From positions 25,006-89,005 of the forward strand of contig DATLTW010000074.1 in assembly GCA_035533495.1 (NCBI GenBank): 64,000 nt of DNA, given 5' to 3'. The notes under the pieces were generated by a model that was not told where the DNA came from, searched no databases, and worked only from the letters and a program-made list of their open reading frames with translations. Position numbers and translations under genes: made by a program. This document shows positions 30,665-39,622 of this stretch, piece after piece; position 1 is the stretch's first letter, and the number at the start of each line of letters is the position of its first letter. The stretch comes from Acidimicrobiales bacterium (lineage in GTDB: Bacteria; Actinomycetota; Acidimicrobiia; Acidimicrobiales; RAAP-2).

Positions 30665-30987
30665 TACTTGGCGTCACCTTCCGTGGGGTGATCATCGCTG
30701 GACCCAGGAACAACTGGGTCGAAGCGGCGCGCGATGGCCGAGGGGATGAAGTCGAGCTCCACGCCACTAGCGCTGCGCAAAGTCACCAGATCGCTCTCGT
30801 TCTTCACGACCGTACCCACGAAGCCGCCGATGGTCTGGGCGCGCTGGCCCACTTCGACTTTGCGGGACTGTTGACGCTGGGCCTTTTGCTTCTTCGAGCG
30901 AGGACGCAGGTAAAAGAAATAGAGCCCGCCGAAGACCACAACGTAAATGATGAGAATCGACGACGAACTGGAGCTGGCAACCAACAT
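30664..30987 (-). CDS. yajC: Preprotein translocase subunit YajC
   Basis: TM followed by RP..K.QK and TIGGFVGTV; upstream of secD. Confidence 0.9.
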   Translation of the reverse strand: MLVASSSSSSILIIYVVVFGGLYFFYLRPRSKKQKAQRQQSRKVEVGQRAQTIGGFVGTVVKNESDLVTLRSASGVELDFIPSAIARRFDPVVPGSSDDHPTEGDAK

Positions 30988-31042
30988 GAGGAATTCCTTC
31001 GTTAACGGACAGGGAAACTCTAGTCGCTAGGTACCTTGAGGG

Positions 31043-32083
31043 TTAGAACAGGCCACCGTGACGTGGCTGGATGCCTAAGTGTTGGTACGCCCGCTCGGTC
31101 GCCACGCGCCCGCGTGGAGTGCGAACTAACAGCCCGGCTCGCAGGAGATAAGGCTCGTACGCGTCTTCGATCGTGAAGGGCTCCTCGCCACAGGCGTGCG
31201 CCAGGGTTGTCAGTCCTACGGGCTGCGCGGCGAACTGTTCACAGAGCAGCGTCAGGATTCGCCGATCGATCTTGTCCAGCCCAAACTCGTCAACCCCAAA
31301 CAACGAGAGCGCGTCCAGGGCCACTTGCGCGTCGACTTTCTCGTGGCCCTTCACCGAGGCGTAGTCGCGCACCCTTCGCAGGAGTCGGTTCGCGATGCGC
31401 GGCGTACCGCGACTGCGCGACGCGATGATCTGGCCCGCTTGAGGCTCGAGTGCGATATTGAGCAGTCCGGCGGAGCGTTGGGCGATGAGGGACAGCTCGT
31501 CCACTTCGTAGAGGTCGAGCTGTCCGATGAAACCGAAGCGGTCGCGAAGTGGCGCGGCCACCAGACCGGTCCTGGTGGTCGCGCCCACCAACGTGAAGTT
31601 CGGCAGATCCAGACGAATTGACCGAGCTGAGGGACCGCGTCCGATCATGACGTCGAGTCGAAGCTCTTCCATGGCGGGATAGAGGATCTCCTCCACGGCG
31701 CGCGAGAGTCGATGGAGTTCATCGATGAAGAGCACGTCGCCGTCTTGTAGATCGGTGAGGAGCGCGGCCAGGTCACCGGGGCGCGAGAGCACCGGACCCG
31801 ACGTCACGCGAAAACCCGAGCCCATTTCGCTCGCCACAATGCTCGCGAGCGACGTCTTACCGAGTCCGGGCGGTCCGGCGAAGAGCAGGTGATCGGCGCA
31901 TTGGTGACGAGCCCTCGCCGATCCGAGCACAACTTGGAGGTGACCCACCAAGTCGCGCTGACCGACGAAGTCCTCGAGCGTCTGAGGGCGCAACGACACC
32001 TCCGTTCGTCGCTCTTGCTCGATCGCTTCGGGCGACGACACCTGCACCCGTAGTTGCTCGAGGTTGAGTTCGCGTTTGGTCAC
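31043..32083 (-). CDS. ruvB: Holliday junction helicase RuvB
   Basis: GPPGLGKT, LFIDELHR, GATTR, RGTPRIANRLLRR, RTPRGR. Confidence 0.97.
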   Translation of the reverse strand: MTKRELNLEQLRVQVSSPEAIEQERRTEVSLRPQTLEDFVGQRDLVGHLQVVLGSARARHQCADHLLFAGPPGLGKTSLASIVASEMGSGFRVTSGPVLSRPGDLAALLTDLQDGDVLFIDELHRLSRAVEEILYPAMEELRLDVMIGRGPSARSIRLDLPNFTLVGATTRTGLVAAPLRDRFGFIGQLDLYEVDELSLIAQRSAGLLNIALEPQAGQIIASRSRGTPRIANRLLRRVRDYASVKGHEKVDAQVALDALSLFGVDEFGLDKIDRRILTLLCEQFAAQPVGLTTLAHACGEEPFTIEDAYEPYLLRAGLLVRTPRGRVATERAYQHLGIQPRHGGLF

Positions 32084-32652
32084 GATCGTCTCAACAGCTG
32101 AAGGGCGGTGCGCAGGGCCTCGGACTCGTTCGTGGGCAAGACCACGTCGTTCAGAGCCTCGCGCACCTCGTGGCTGGTGTAACCAAGTGAGCGCAGGGCG
32201 TCGTCGACTGCTGCGTTGACGTGCGCGAGTGGTGGCGTGACCTCATAGGAGCCGTCCAGGGGCACCTTGCCCTTTAGTTCGAGCACGATGCGACTCGCCG
32301 TTTTGGGCCCGATGCCGGGAATCGTGGCCACCTTCTTGGCGTCGCCACTCTCGATGGCCAGAGCCAGTTCAGCCACGCTCATCGTTCGAAGGGCGCCCAG
32401 CGCCGTTGACGGACCGACGCCAGGGGTAACGATAAGGAGTTCAAAGAACTCACGCTCCTCGGCGGTACGAAATCCGAACAGATGGATGGCGTCCTCGCGC
32501 ACCACCGTGAAGATAAAGAGTTCGACCAGCTCGTCGAAGGGGAGCGGCTCACTCGAGGCGACGTGGACCTCGTACCCCACGCCCTGGACGTCAACCAGAA
32601 GGGCCCCATTTCGCAACTGGCGAAGAACTCGCCCACTCAGCCAACCGATCAC
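32080..32652 (-). CDS. ruvA: Holliday junction branch migration protein RuvA
   Basis: DVQGVGYEV, VRED..LFGF, HhH motifs GVGP and GIGPKTA. Confidence 0.96.
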   Translation of the reverse strand: MIGWLSGRVLRQLRNGALLVDVQGVGYEVHVASSEPLPFDELVELFIFTVVREDAIHLFGFRTAEEREFFELLIVTPGVGPSTALGALRTMSVAELALAIESGDAKKVATIPGIGPKTASRIVLELKGKVPLDGSYEVTPPLAHVNAAVDDALRSLGYTSHEVREALNDVVLPTNESEALRTALQLLRRS

Positions 32653-33161
32653 GTGAGACTCCCGAGAGGATAGCGACGCTCCACGCGCACGATCATGAAG
32701 TAGGCAATGCCCAGTGCCAGCGCGTCCGCGGCGTCGGGCGGCCGGGGAATCTCACTGAGTCCACAGAGCCGAGCGACCATGCCCTGGACTTGTGACTTGC
32801 TGGCCGCGCCGTAGCCCGTGACCGCCAGTTTGACCTGCTGAGCGGTGAATTGGCGCACGACGACGTCTTCGCCGCCGACCAGGGCGATGGCGACGCCACT
32901 GGCCTGAGCGACCGAGATCGCGGTCTTGACGTTTCGTTGGTAAAAGACCCGCTCCACGGCGACCGCGTGTGGAGCCGTCTCTTTGAGAAGTTGGTCGAGT
33001 TCGACGTGCAGTTGGCGGAGCCGTTGCTCGACAGGCATCTTGGGATCGGTCTCAATGGTGCCAGCGCGAACCGCTCGAAATGACTCCACCCCTTCAAAGG
33101 ATCCCTCCACCAGCCCGTACCCGCAACGGGTCAGGCCAGGGTCGATCCCAAGTACGAACAT
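32649..33161 (-). CDS. ruvC: Crossover junction endodeoxyribonuclease RuvC
   Basis: LGIDPGL, AVERVF, DAADALA; ATG at 33161. Confidence 0.96.
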   Translation of the reverse strand: MFVLGIDPGLTRCGYGLVEGSFEGVESFRAVRAGTIETDPKMPVEQRLRQLHVELDQLLKETAPHAVAVERVFYQRNVKTAISVAQASGVAIALVGGEDVVVRQFTAQQVKLAVTGYGAASKSQVQGMVARLCGLSEIPRPPDAADALALGIAYFMIVRVERRYPLGSLT

Positions 33162-33169
33162 ACGTTCGA
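33154..33169. promoter_or_regulatory. LexA operator (SOS box) overlapping the ruvC start
   Basis: ACGAAC-ATAC-GTTCGA matches the actinobacterial TCGAAC-N4-GTTCGA consensus; -10 TACTAT (minus strand, 33169-33174) lies 7 nt before the ATG. Confidence 0.85.
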
Positions 33170-33201
33170 TAGTACTCGCCAAGGGGCCCTACGACTGGGA
33201 A

Positions 33202-33951
33202 TTAGCCCTCATACGCGGCCAGCAACTTATCGGAAATATCGAAGTTCGCGTAGACGTTCTGCACGTCGTCGTGATCGTCCAACGCGTCCAACAGGCGCAA
33301 CACCTTCTTCGCTTCGCCCTCCTCGGAGACAGGAACCGTGTTCTGGGCGACCAGGGTCAGTTCGGCGCTTAGGACCTTGAGTCGTTGCTGTTCTAAGGCA
33401 TCGCGCACCGACGCCAGGGCGTGGGGCTCGGTCGTGACCGTGTAGTTCGGGCCGTTGGCCTCATAGTTCTCAGCGCCCGCCTCCATGATCCATTCGAGGA
33501 GTTGATCCTCGTCCAAAGGACCCTGCACCTCGAGCACGCCCTTACGTTCAAACTGCCACGCCACGGCGCCGGGCTCGGCGATCGCTCCCCCATTTCGCCC
33601 GAAGAGGTGTTTAATCTCAGAACTCGTACGATTTCGATTATCACTCAGGGTCTCAACGATGACCGCGACGCCGCTTGGTCCGTAGCCTTCGTAACTGGTG
33701 GATTCGTAGCGAACGCCCTCGAGCTCACCGGTGCCGCGCTTGATGGCGCGCTCGATCGTGTCCAGAGGCACCGACGCCTCGCGGGCCTTTTGGTACATCG
33801 TGCGCAGCGCGGCGTTGGTATTGGCGTCCCCGCCGCCCTCACGCGCGGCGACCTCGACTTGGCGAATCAGTTTGGCGAAGACCTTGGCGCGGGCCGAGTC
33901 CTTGGCGCCCTTGCGGTGCTTGGTCGTTGCCCACTTGGAGTGGCCGGACAT
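33202..33951 (-). CDS. yebC: YebC/PmpR-family protein
   Basis: MSGHSKW, YEGYGP.G, DNRNRT, DDVQNVY.N; SD GGAGG. Confidence 0.95.
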   Translation of the reverse strand: MSGHSKWATTKHRKGAKDSARAKVFAKLIRQVEVAAREGGGDANTNAALRTMYQKAREASVPLDTIERAIKRGTGELEGVRYESTSYEGYGPSGVAVIVETLSDNRNRTSSEIKHLFGRNGGAIAEPGAVAWQFERKGVLEVQGPLDEDQLLEWIMEAGAENYEANGPNYTVTTEPHALASVRDALEQQRLKVLSAELTLVAQNTVPVSEEGEAKKVLRLLDALDDHDDVQNVYANFDISDKLLAAYEG

Positions 33952-33991
33952 TGTTCCTCCTGTCCTGAGGGCTTGGCTATCGTAGCGAAAT

Positions 33992-34576
33992 TTAGAGGGA
34001 GTCGACGAAGAGCCGATGAAGTCGTGGGTCACCGGCCAACTCGGGATGAAACGCGGCGCCCCAGACGTTCTCTTGACGCACCAGAACCGGATGCTCGCCT
34101 CGACCGTCACCGTGATCGAGCGTGGCGAGCACTTCCACGCCGTTCTCCCACGACACGATCCGCGGTGCACGGATGAAGACCCCCCACATGGATCCGATCC
34201 CCTTGACTTCAAGGGGCGACTCGAAACTCGCGATCTGGCGGCCGTAGCCGTTGCGGCGCAGCGACACCGCCAAGGCGCCGTAGCTCCACTGGTCAGCGCG
34301 GCCGTCCAATACCTCAGAGCTCAAGAGGATCAACCCCGCGCACGTGCCAAAGACTGGGAAACCCGCACGGAGCTTCTCGCCCAGGATGTCGCGCAGACCC
34401 GAGGTCACCAGCAGGTGCGCGATCGTCGTGGACTCCCCACCGGGCAAGACCAGCGCGTCGACGCTCTCGAGCTGTTCGATCGTTCGTACCTTTACTACGA
34501 CACTCTCGAGCGACTCGAGCACCGTGACGTGCTCGCCCACGTCACCCTGGAGGGCCAGTACGCCAACGCGCTTCAC
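33992..34576 (-). CDS. pdxT: PLP synthase glutaminase subunit
   Basis: GVLALQG, PGGESTT, GTCAGLI, FIRAP, FHPEL. Confidence 0.96.
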   Translation of the reverse strand: MKRVGVLALQGDVGEHVTVLESLESVVVKVRTIEQLESVDALVLPGGESTTIAHLLVTSGLRDILGEKLRAGFPVFGTCAGLILLSSEVLDGRADQWSYGALAVSLRRNGYGRQIASFESPLEVKGIGSMWGVFIRAPRIVSWENGVEVLATLDHGDGRGEHPVLVRQENVWGAAFHPELAGDPRLHRLFVDSL

Positions 34577-35472
34577 TACCAGCCGCGTTCGGCGAGTCGC
34601 TGCTCGAGCGACGACGTCTCCCAGCCCTTCATGGCCGATCCGAGACCGGTAGAGACCTTGGCCACGACTCCGGCGTCTTGGAAGTGGGTGGTCGCTTCGA
34701 CGATGGCGCGCGCCATGCGAGTAGGGTCCTCACTCTTAAAGATGCCCGAACCGACAAAGACCGCTTCAGCGCCGAGTTGCAAGACGAGGGAGGCGTCGGC
34801 CGGCGTCGAGATGCCCCCCGCGCAAAAGAGCGGGACGGGCAACTTGCCACTCTGGGCGACCTCTTGGACCAGGGGCAGCGGCGCTTGGAGATCCTTGGCC
34901 AGGGCGAACAGCTCGTTCGCGTCGGCACTGTGCAGTCGTCGCATTTGAGTGTTTATCGTTCGCAGGTGCCGTACCGCTTCGACGACGTTGCCGGTCCCCG
35001 CTTCGCCCTTGGAACGAATCAAACACGCGCCTTCACCGATTCGACGCAGCGCCTCACCCAGGTTCGTCGCGCCGCACACGAAGGGGATGGTAAAGGCCCA
35101 CTTGTCGATGTGGTGCTCTTCGTCGGCCGGCGTGAGGACCTCGGACTCGTCGATGTAGTCGACGTCGAGTGCTTGGAGGATCTGGGCTTCGGCGAAGTGG
35201 CCAATGCGCGCCTTGGCCATGACTGGAATGGTCACGGCGGCCTGGATCTCTTGAATCATCAAGGGGTCGCTCATTCGAGCGACCCCTCCGTCGCGGCGAA
35301 TATCGGCCGGTACACGCTCCAGGGCCATGACCGCGACGGCACCGGCGTCTTCGGCGATCTTGGCCTGCTCGGGGTTGACGACGTCCATGATCACTCCACC
35401 GCGCAACATGTCGGCCAGTCCGCGCTTCACCAGCGCCGTCCCGGTGAGGGCGGGATTTTTCGAAGGACTCAT
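34576..35472 (-). CDS. pdxS: PLP synthase lyase subunit
   Basis: [29 protein letters not shown]. Confidence 0.97.
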   Translation of the reverse strand: MSPSKNPALTGTALVKRGLADMLRGGVIMDVVNPEQAKIAEDAGAVAVMALERVPADIRRDGGVARMSDPLMIQEIQAAVTIPVMAKARIGHFAEAQILQALDVDYIDESEVLTPADEEHHIDKWAFTIPFVCGATNLGEALRRIGEGACLIRSKGEAGTGNVVEAVRHLRTINTQMRRLHSADANELFALAKDLQAPLPLVQEVAQSGKLPVPLFCAGGISTPADASLVLQLGAEAVFVGSGIFKSEDPTRMARAIVEATTHFQDAGVVAKVSTGLGSAMKGWETSSLEQRLAERGW

Positions 35473-35495
35473 GGCCCCAGCCTAATGGCCGAGCC

Positions 35496-36398
35496 CTACC
35501 ACTCTTCGAGGGCGCGCGCTCGAAGTTCGACGTCGTCGAGGTCGCCGAGGTCGCCCTCACGACGATCACTCCACTGATTGAAAAAGACCCATCGCCACTG
35601 GGCGTACGTCGAAGTGCCAAAGAAGGAGTCCTCGCCCAGCGATTGGCGGGCGCACCGACGCAGTGCCCCGGCGAGGCCGAGCGGGTAGCGGATACTGGCC
35701 GCGGCGACTTCGTCGGCCCGGTAAGTCTTGCCCACTCCGGCCAGGGTCTTTCGCTGTTCGTCACTGAGCGAGATCACCGCGGCCAAACTCTCGCGATCTA
35801 CGAGGCCGAGTCGCTGACGAGCCAGGCAGTGCGCCACCACGCCTTCGAGTTCGATCAGTTCAAAGTCCTGGATGAGCGCGCTCGTCACCAGTAGCGAGAA
35901 ACTGTTTCCATTCGGCACGAGAGCGGCGTTGTAGCCCGGGTCGCGCACGATAAAGGCACTCACGCCGTCGACGCCAAAGGTCGCGGCCAAACGGTCCAGG
36001 ACCGTTACGAGACGCACCCGTTCGGCGGCGTCGCCGCCCGGTGAGAACTGCGCGAGTAGCAAACTACCCAGGCTTTGACCGTGACGTGAGTAACTCGCGA
36101 TCACCCGACGTAGGTCCCAGGCGTACACCAGGGCGACCAGCACGCCCAGCGCGGGCAGCCACGGCACCACCACCACGCCGGCGATAAGTGCGAGGGCCAC
36201 GGCACCCACGACGAGCGTCTGGGGCAGACGCCGTTTGAACGCGAAGCGTCGCACGACACGTTGATTGTGATGGCGTTCGCTCGCCGAAGGGGCGTACGGG
36301 TTCTGCCACGTGGGATCGAGCACCGGTGCCACAAAGCGCGGACCGCGATCGCGCGAGAAATTCGAGCGACGAGAACGTGAACGCTGCTTGGTTGCCAC
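35496..36398 (-). CDS. Membrane protein with degenerate M48/HtpX-like domain
   Basis: Two TMs, NAA, LVTSAL, ELEGVVAHCLAR (HExxH lost), ADEVAA..RYP.GLA.AL. Confidence 0.65.
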   Translation of the reverse strand: MATKQRSRSRRSNFSRDRGPRFVAPVLDPTWQNPYAPSASERHHNQRVVRRFAFKRRLPQTLVVGAVALALIAGVVVVPWLPALGVLVALVYAWDLRRVIASYSRHGQSLGSLLLAQFSPGGDAAERVRLVTVLDRLAATFGVDGVSAFIVRDPGYNAALVPNGNSFSLLVTSALIQDFELIELEGVVAHCLARQRLGLVDRESLAAVISLSDEQRKTLAGVGKTYRADEVAAASIRYPLGLAGALRRCARQSLGEDSFFGTSTYAQWRWVFFNQWSDRREGDLGDLDDVELRARALEEW

Positions 36399-36407
36399 CC
36401 TGTCAGG

Positions 36408-37517
36408 TTACCTGGTCGCTTGAAATCGCCGAATGGCTACGTCGTAGCGCACGTCGTAGGCGTCCATCAACGACGCCATTGACCACCGCTCGGCGTACTG
36501 TCGCGCCGCCGCGGCGCTGGTGTCGCTTCGTGAGGCCAGCGCACTTGCGATGGCCTCTTTTAAAGACGCCGCACTCGCGGGACGAAAGAGCGTCGCGTGC
36601 CCACCGACCGCGTCGCGGTAGCCCTCGATGTCACTGGCCACGACGAGGGTCTCACTCGCCATTCCCTCGAGGAGCACGAGGCCGAAACTCTCGCCCCGCG
36701 TCGACGGCGCGATCAGCGCGTCCGCTCGGCGAAGCCACGCACGCTTGGTCGCGTCGTTCACGAGTCCCACAAAGACGATCTTGTTATCGTGCGCCGCGAG
36801 CGCTTCGAGGCGGCGGCGTTGAGAGCCCTCCCCCGCGATGACCAGTTGCCACGGTGTCGCGCCGTGGGCGTTGTGCTCGCGCACCGCTTCGATCGCGACC
36901 GCCACGCCCTTGCGTTCCTCGAGCCGGCCCACAAAGAAGAGAACGGTCTCAGTGCCCCGCGCTCGAGGTGTGGCCACGAATCGATCGGTCTCGATGCCAT
37001 TGAAGAACACCACGCTCTCCAGTGCGCAGGCGTGTCGTAGGGTGCTCGCCGCACTCTCACTCACCGACACGGCGTCGTCCAGCCCATCTGCCAATCGGTG
37101 CAGCAACGGCCCGGTCAGGGTCAGTGCCGGACCGCGACCGCTGCGATGGAACGTACCGAGCGCGGGGTGACGGTGACTTCGCAAGGTGGCCCAACCGAGC
37201 AGTGGCGCGAAGGGCTCGTGAAAGTGCACCACGTCAGGCTTAAAGGCGTCGACGGCGGACTTGGTTCTCCTCGCCGCCGCGGGCGAAAACGTCAACGGGG
37301 CCCGCGAGCCATTGGCCGGCATCGACCAACGTTTGCCTAGGCGAAGGACCTTCGCCGGGGTGTCGTAGATCGCCTCGTCAGAAGCGTCGGGTGCAACGAT
37401 AAGTACGTCGCAACCGCGAGCGCATAGTACGCGACTCATCGCCAGGACCTGTTCTTGAACCCCGCCATAGACACTTAGCGCGTACGGCGACACGAGAGCA
37501 ACACGCTGGACGTTCAC
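36408..37517 (-). CDS. pimA: Phosphatidyl-myo-inositol mannosyltransferase (GT4)
   Basis: SPY...GGVQ, ANGS, HEP, GRLEERKG, ESFGLVLLE.MA; pgsA-patA-pimA synteny. Confidence 0.85.
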   Translation of the reverse strand: MNVQRVALVSPYALSVYGGVQEQVLAMSRVLCARGCDVLIVAPDASDEAIYDTPAKVLRLGKRWSMPANGSRAPLTFSPAAARRTKSAVDAFKPDVVHFHEPFAPLLGWATLRSHRHPALGTFHRSGRGPALTLTGPLLHRLADGLDDAVSVSESAASTLRHACALESVVFFNGIETDRFVATPRARGTETVLFFVGRLEERKGVAVAIEAVREHNAHGATPWQLVIAGEGSQRRRLEALAAHDNKIVFVGLVNDATKRAWLRRADALIAPSTRGESFGLVLLEGMASETLVVASDIEGYRDAVGGHATLFRPASAASLKEAIASALASRSDTSAAAARQYAERWSMASLMDAYDVRYDVAIRRFQATR

Positions 37518-38401
37518 GATGAAGTGAAACGAGGTTGCAACACGTGCCACTGTTCGGGCGCGCGGCGAATGAGACCTTCTAACTCGGTGGCGATCAGTTG
37601 GGTTACCCGAGTCACGTCCTCGCGCAGCCTCGCGGTGCGCTCGACTTCCACGGGCGGCGTCACCACCGCAAAGTGATCGTGGCCCGGTCCGGCGTAACAG
37701 GCTGCCGCGACCAGCGTGGCGCCGGTTCGCAACGCCAAGGTTGCCGGTCCGGCCGGCATGGTCACACGCTCACCGAAGAATTCGACTTCCACGCCGTTGC
37801 CTTGGAGATCACGATCACAGAGCAGTCCCACCACGCCGCCCTCGCGAAGGGTCCTTAAGAGCACCGAGCCGACATGTTCGTTCAACGCTTCGATGCGAAT
37901 GCCGATGGACTCTCGCTTCTCCTTAAACCATTCGAAGAGTTCGGGTGGGTTCAACTCTTCGGCGACGGCCGTCATGCCCAGGCCCAAAGAGTCCAAGAAA
38001 GCACCACCCCACTCCCACGAGCCAACGTGGGGCAGGGCAATGATGACGCCCCGCCCGCGCTCTTTTCCCCGGCGGAGGTGTTCGAGTCCCTCGGCGATCG
38101 TGAAGCGCTCGTCGACCGTCGCCTTGGCCAGGGCCGGAAGCTTGGCGCCCTCGGCCCAGTATTGGCCGTAACTGCGAAAACCGCGCGCGACGAAGTGTTC
38201 GAGCAACGACGCGTCCTGGGCGCAGCCTCCCGGGAACAGGACGTGGTCGAGGTTCATCGTGAGACCCGCCTGCGCCTTTCGACTGCGCCGTCCGAGCAAT
38301 CCAGCGAAGGCGCTCGCCACCGCGACGTCCACCCGTTCAGGCAAAAACTCCATGACGGCGCCCACGGACTTAAAGAGCGCCAGGCGCGCCGTGCCGGCCA
38401 C
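37514..38401 (-). CDS. patA: Phosphatidylinositol mannoside acyltransferase
   Basis: LPHVGSWE, LLCDRDL, FFGE...PAGPA, PEQWH..QP. Confidence 0.88.
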   Translation of the reverse strand: MAGTARLALFKSVGAVMEFLPERVDVAVASAFAGLLGRRSRKAQAGLTMNLDHVLFPGGCAQDASLLEHFVARGFRSYGQYWAEGAKLPALAKATVDERFTIAEGLEHLRRGKERGRGVIIALPHVGSWEWGGAFLDSLGLGMTAVAEELNPPELFEWFKEKRESIGIRIEALNEHVGSVLLRTLREGGVVGLLCDRDLQGNGVEVEFFGERVTMPAGPATLALRTGATLVAAACYAGPGHDHFAVVTPPVEVERTARLREDVTRVTQLIATELEGLIRRAPEQWHVLQPRFTSS

Positions 38402-39066
38402 TAGTGACGCGAGGCGCGACTAAGACCCCGGCGAAGACGCCGACTGTGCTGGCGGGCACGAAGTGTCGACGACGGCGAGGGCACCGGACGCGCCGCCACC
38501 CGCCACACGCGCCAAAAACGTCCGCCCGCGGTCATCGCCGTCAGGGCCAACATGAGCCAGAGCACGGGGATGAAGATGGGGGTCGCGATGAGTCCCACGC
38601 CCAAGAGGATCATCCGCTCGGCGCGCTCCATCAAACCGCCCTTGGCGTCTAACCCGAGACTCTCGGCCTTGGAACGTTGATAGGAGATCATGAAGGTCGT
38701 GGTCAGAATCGCGAAGGGCAACAAGACGAGCTGGCCGTGATGACGCGCCGTCAGGTAGTACGCGACGCCGCCGAGGATAATGGCGTCGGCCACGCGGTCC
38801 GAGACCGAGTCAAAGAAACTGCCGCGCTGGCTCGCGCGCTGGGACGCTTTGGCGACCGCGCCGTCAAAGATGTCGTGAAAACCCGTCAACGTCAAGAGGA
38901 CAATCGCCCAAAAATGCATGCCGATCGCGATAGCCCAGGCCGTCGCGCCGGCGAACACCAATCCCGAGGCCGTGAGCACATCGGCTGAAAAACCTATCCG
39001 AACGAGCCAGCGCCCAATCGGCGCGGTCGTCGCGTCTACCGACTGGCGGAACTTGCCGTCGAACAT
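38401..39066 (-). CDS. pgsA: CDP-alcohol phosphatidyltransferase (PI-phosphate synthase)
   Basis: DIFDGAVAK...G.FFDSVSDR motif, ERAER; PIM operon. Confidence 0.88.
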   Translation of the reverse strand: MFDGKFRQSVDATTAPIGRWLVRIGFSADVLTASGLVFAGATAWAIAIGMHFWAIVLLTLTGFHDIFDGAVAKASQRASQRGSFFDSVSDRVADAIILGGVAYYLTARHHGQLVLLPFAILTTTFMISYQRSKAESLGLDAKGGLMERAERMILLGVGLIATPIFIPVLWLMLALTAMTAGGRFWRVWRVAARPVPSPSSTLRARQHSRRLRRGLSRASRH

Positions 39067-39121
39067 CGACCCTCTTGGCTCATGACGCCGAGTCTACCGG
39101 AGGCGCCAACATCTAGGGGAC

Positions 39122-39622
39122 TTAGAGATGGGCGTGCACCTTCTGCCACGTGACTTGTAGAGACTCAGGCAAAACGCGCGTTTCACCGATCGTCGTCATG
39201 AAGTTGGTGTCGCCATTCCAACGTGGCAGCGCGTGCGCGTGCAGGTGCTTGGGAATGCCCGCGCCCGCGGCGTGACCGAGATTGAGCCCGAGGTTCATGC
39301 CGTCAGGTTCGTAGGCCCGCTTGAGCGCCGTGACCGCATCACGCATCAGGAGAAAGAGGTCGGAGTACTCCTCGATCTCGAGCTCTTCGAGCGAGTCCAC
39401 GTGACGTCGCGGCACGACCAAGAGATGGCCCGAGCCGTACGGGAAGGCGTTCAAGACCACGTAACTATATTGACTTTGGCGCAAAACGCCCGTCGACTCA
39501 TCAACCGGCTCGGTACCCAGGACGCAAAAGACGCATTCGACGCCCTCGCGCGCGTTCTCCTCGGCACTGACGCTCGTGACGTAGCCCTCGCGCCACGCGG
39601 CCGAGAAACGCTCTAGGCCCAC
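39122..39622 (-). CDS. HIT-family protein (Ap4A phosphorylase-like)
   Basis: CVFC, NAFPY.SGH, GAGI..HLHAH, PRW.GDTNFM. Confidence 0.92.
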   Translation of the reverse strand: MGLERFSAAWREGYVTSVSAEENAREGVECVFCVLGTEPVDESTGVLRQSQYSYVVLNAFPYGSGHLLVVPRRHVDSLEELEIEEYSDLFLLMRDAVTALKRAYEPDGMNLGLNLGHAAGAGIPKHLHAHALPRWNGDTNFMTTIGETRVLPESLQVTWQKVHAHL

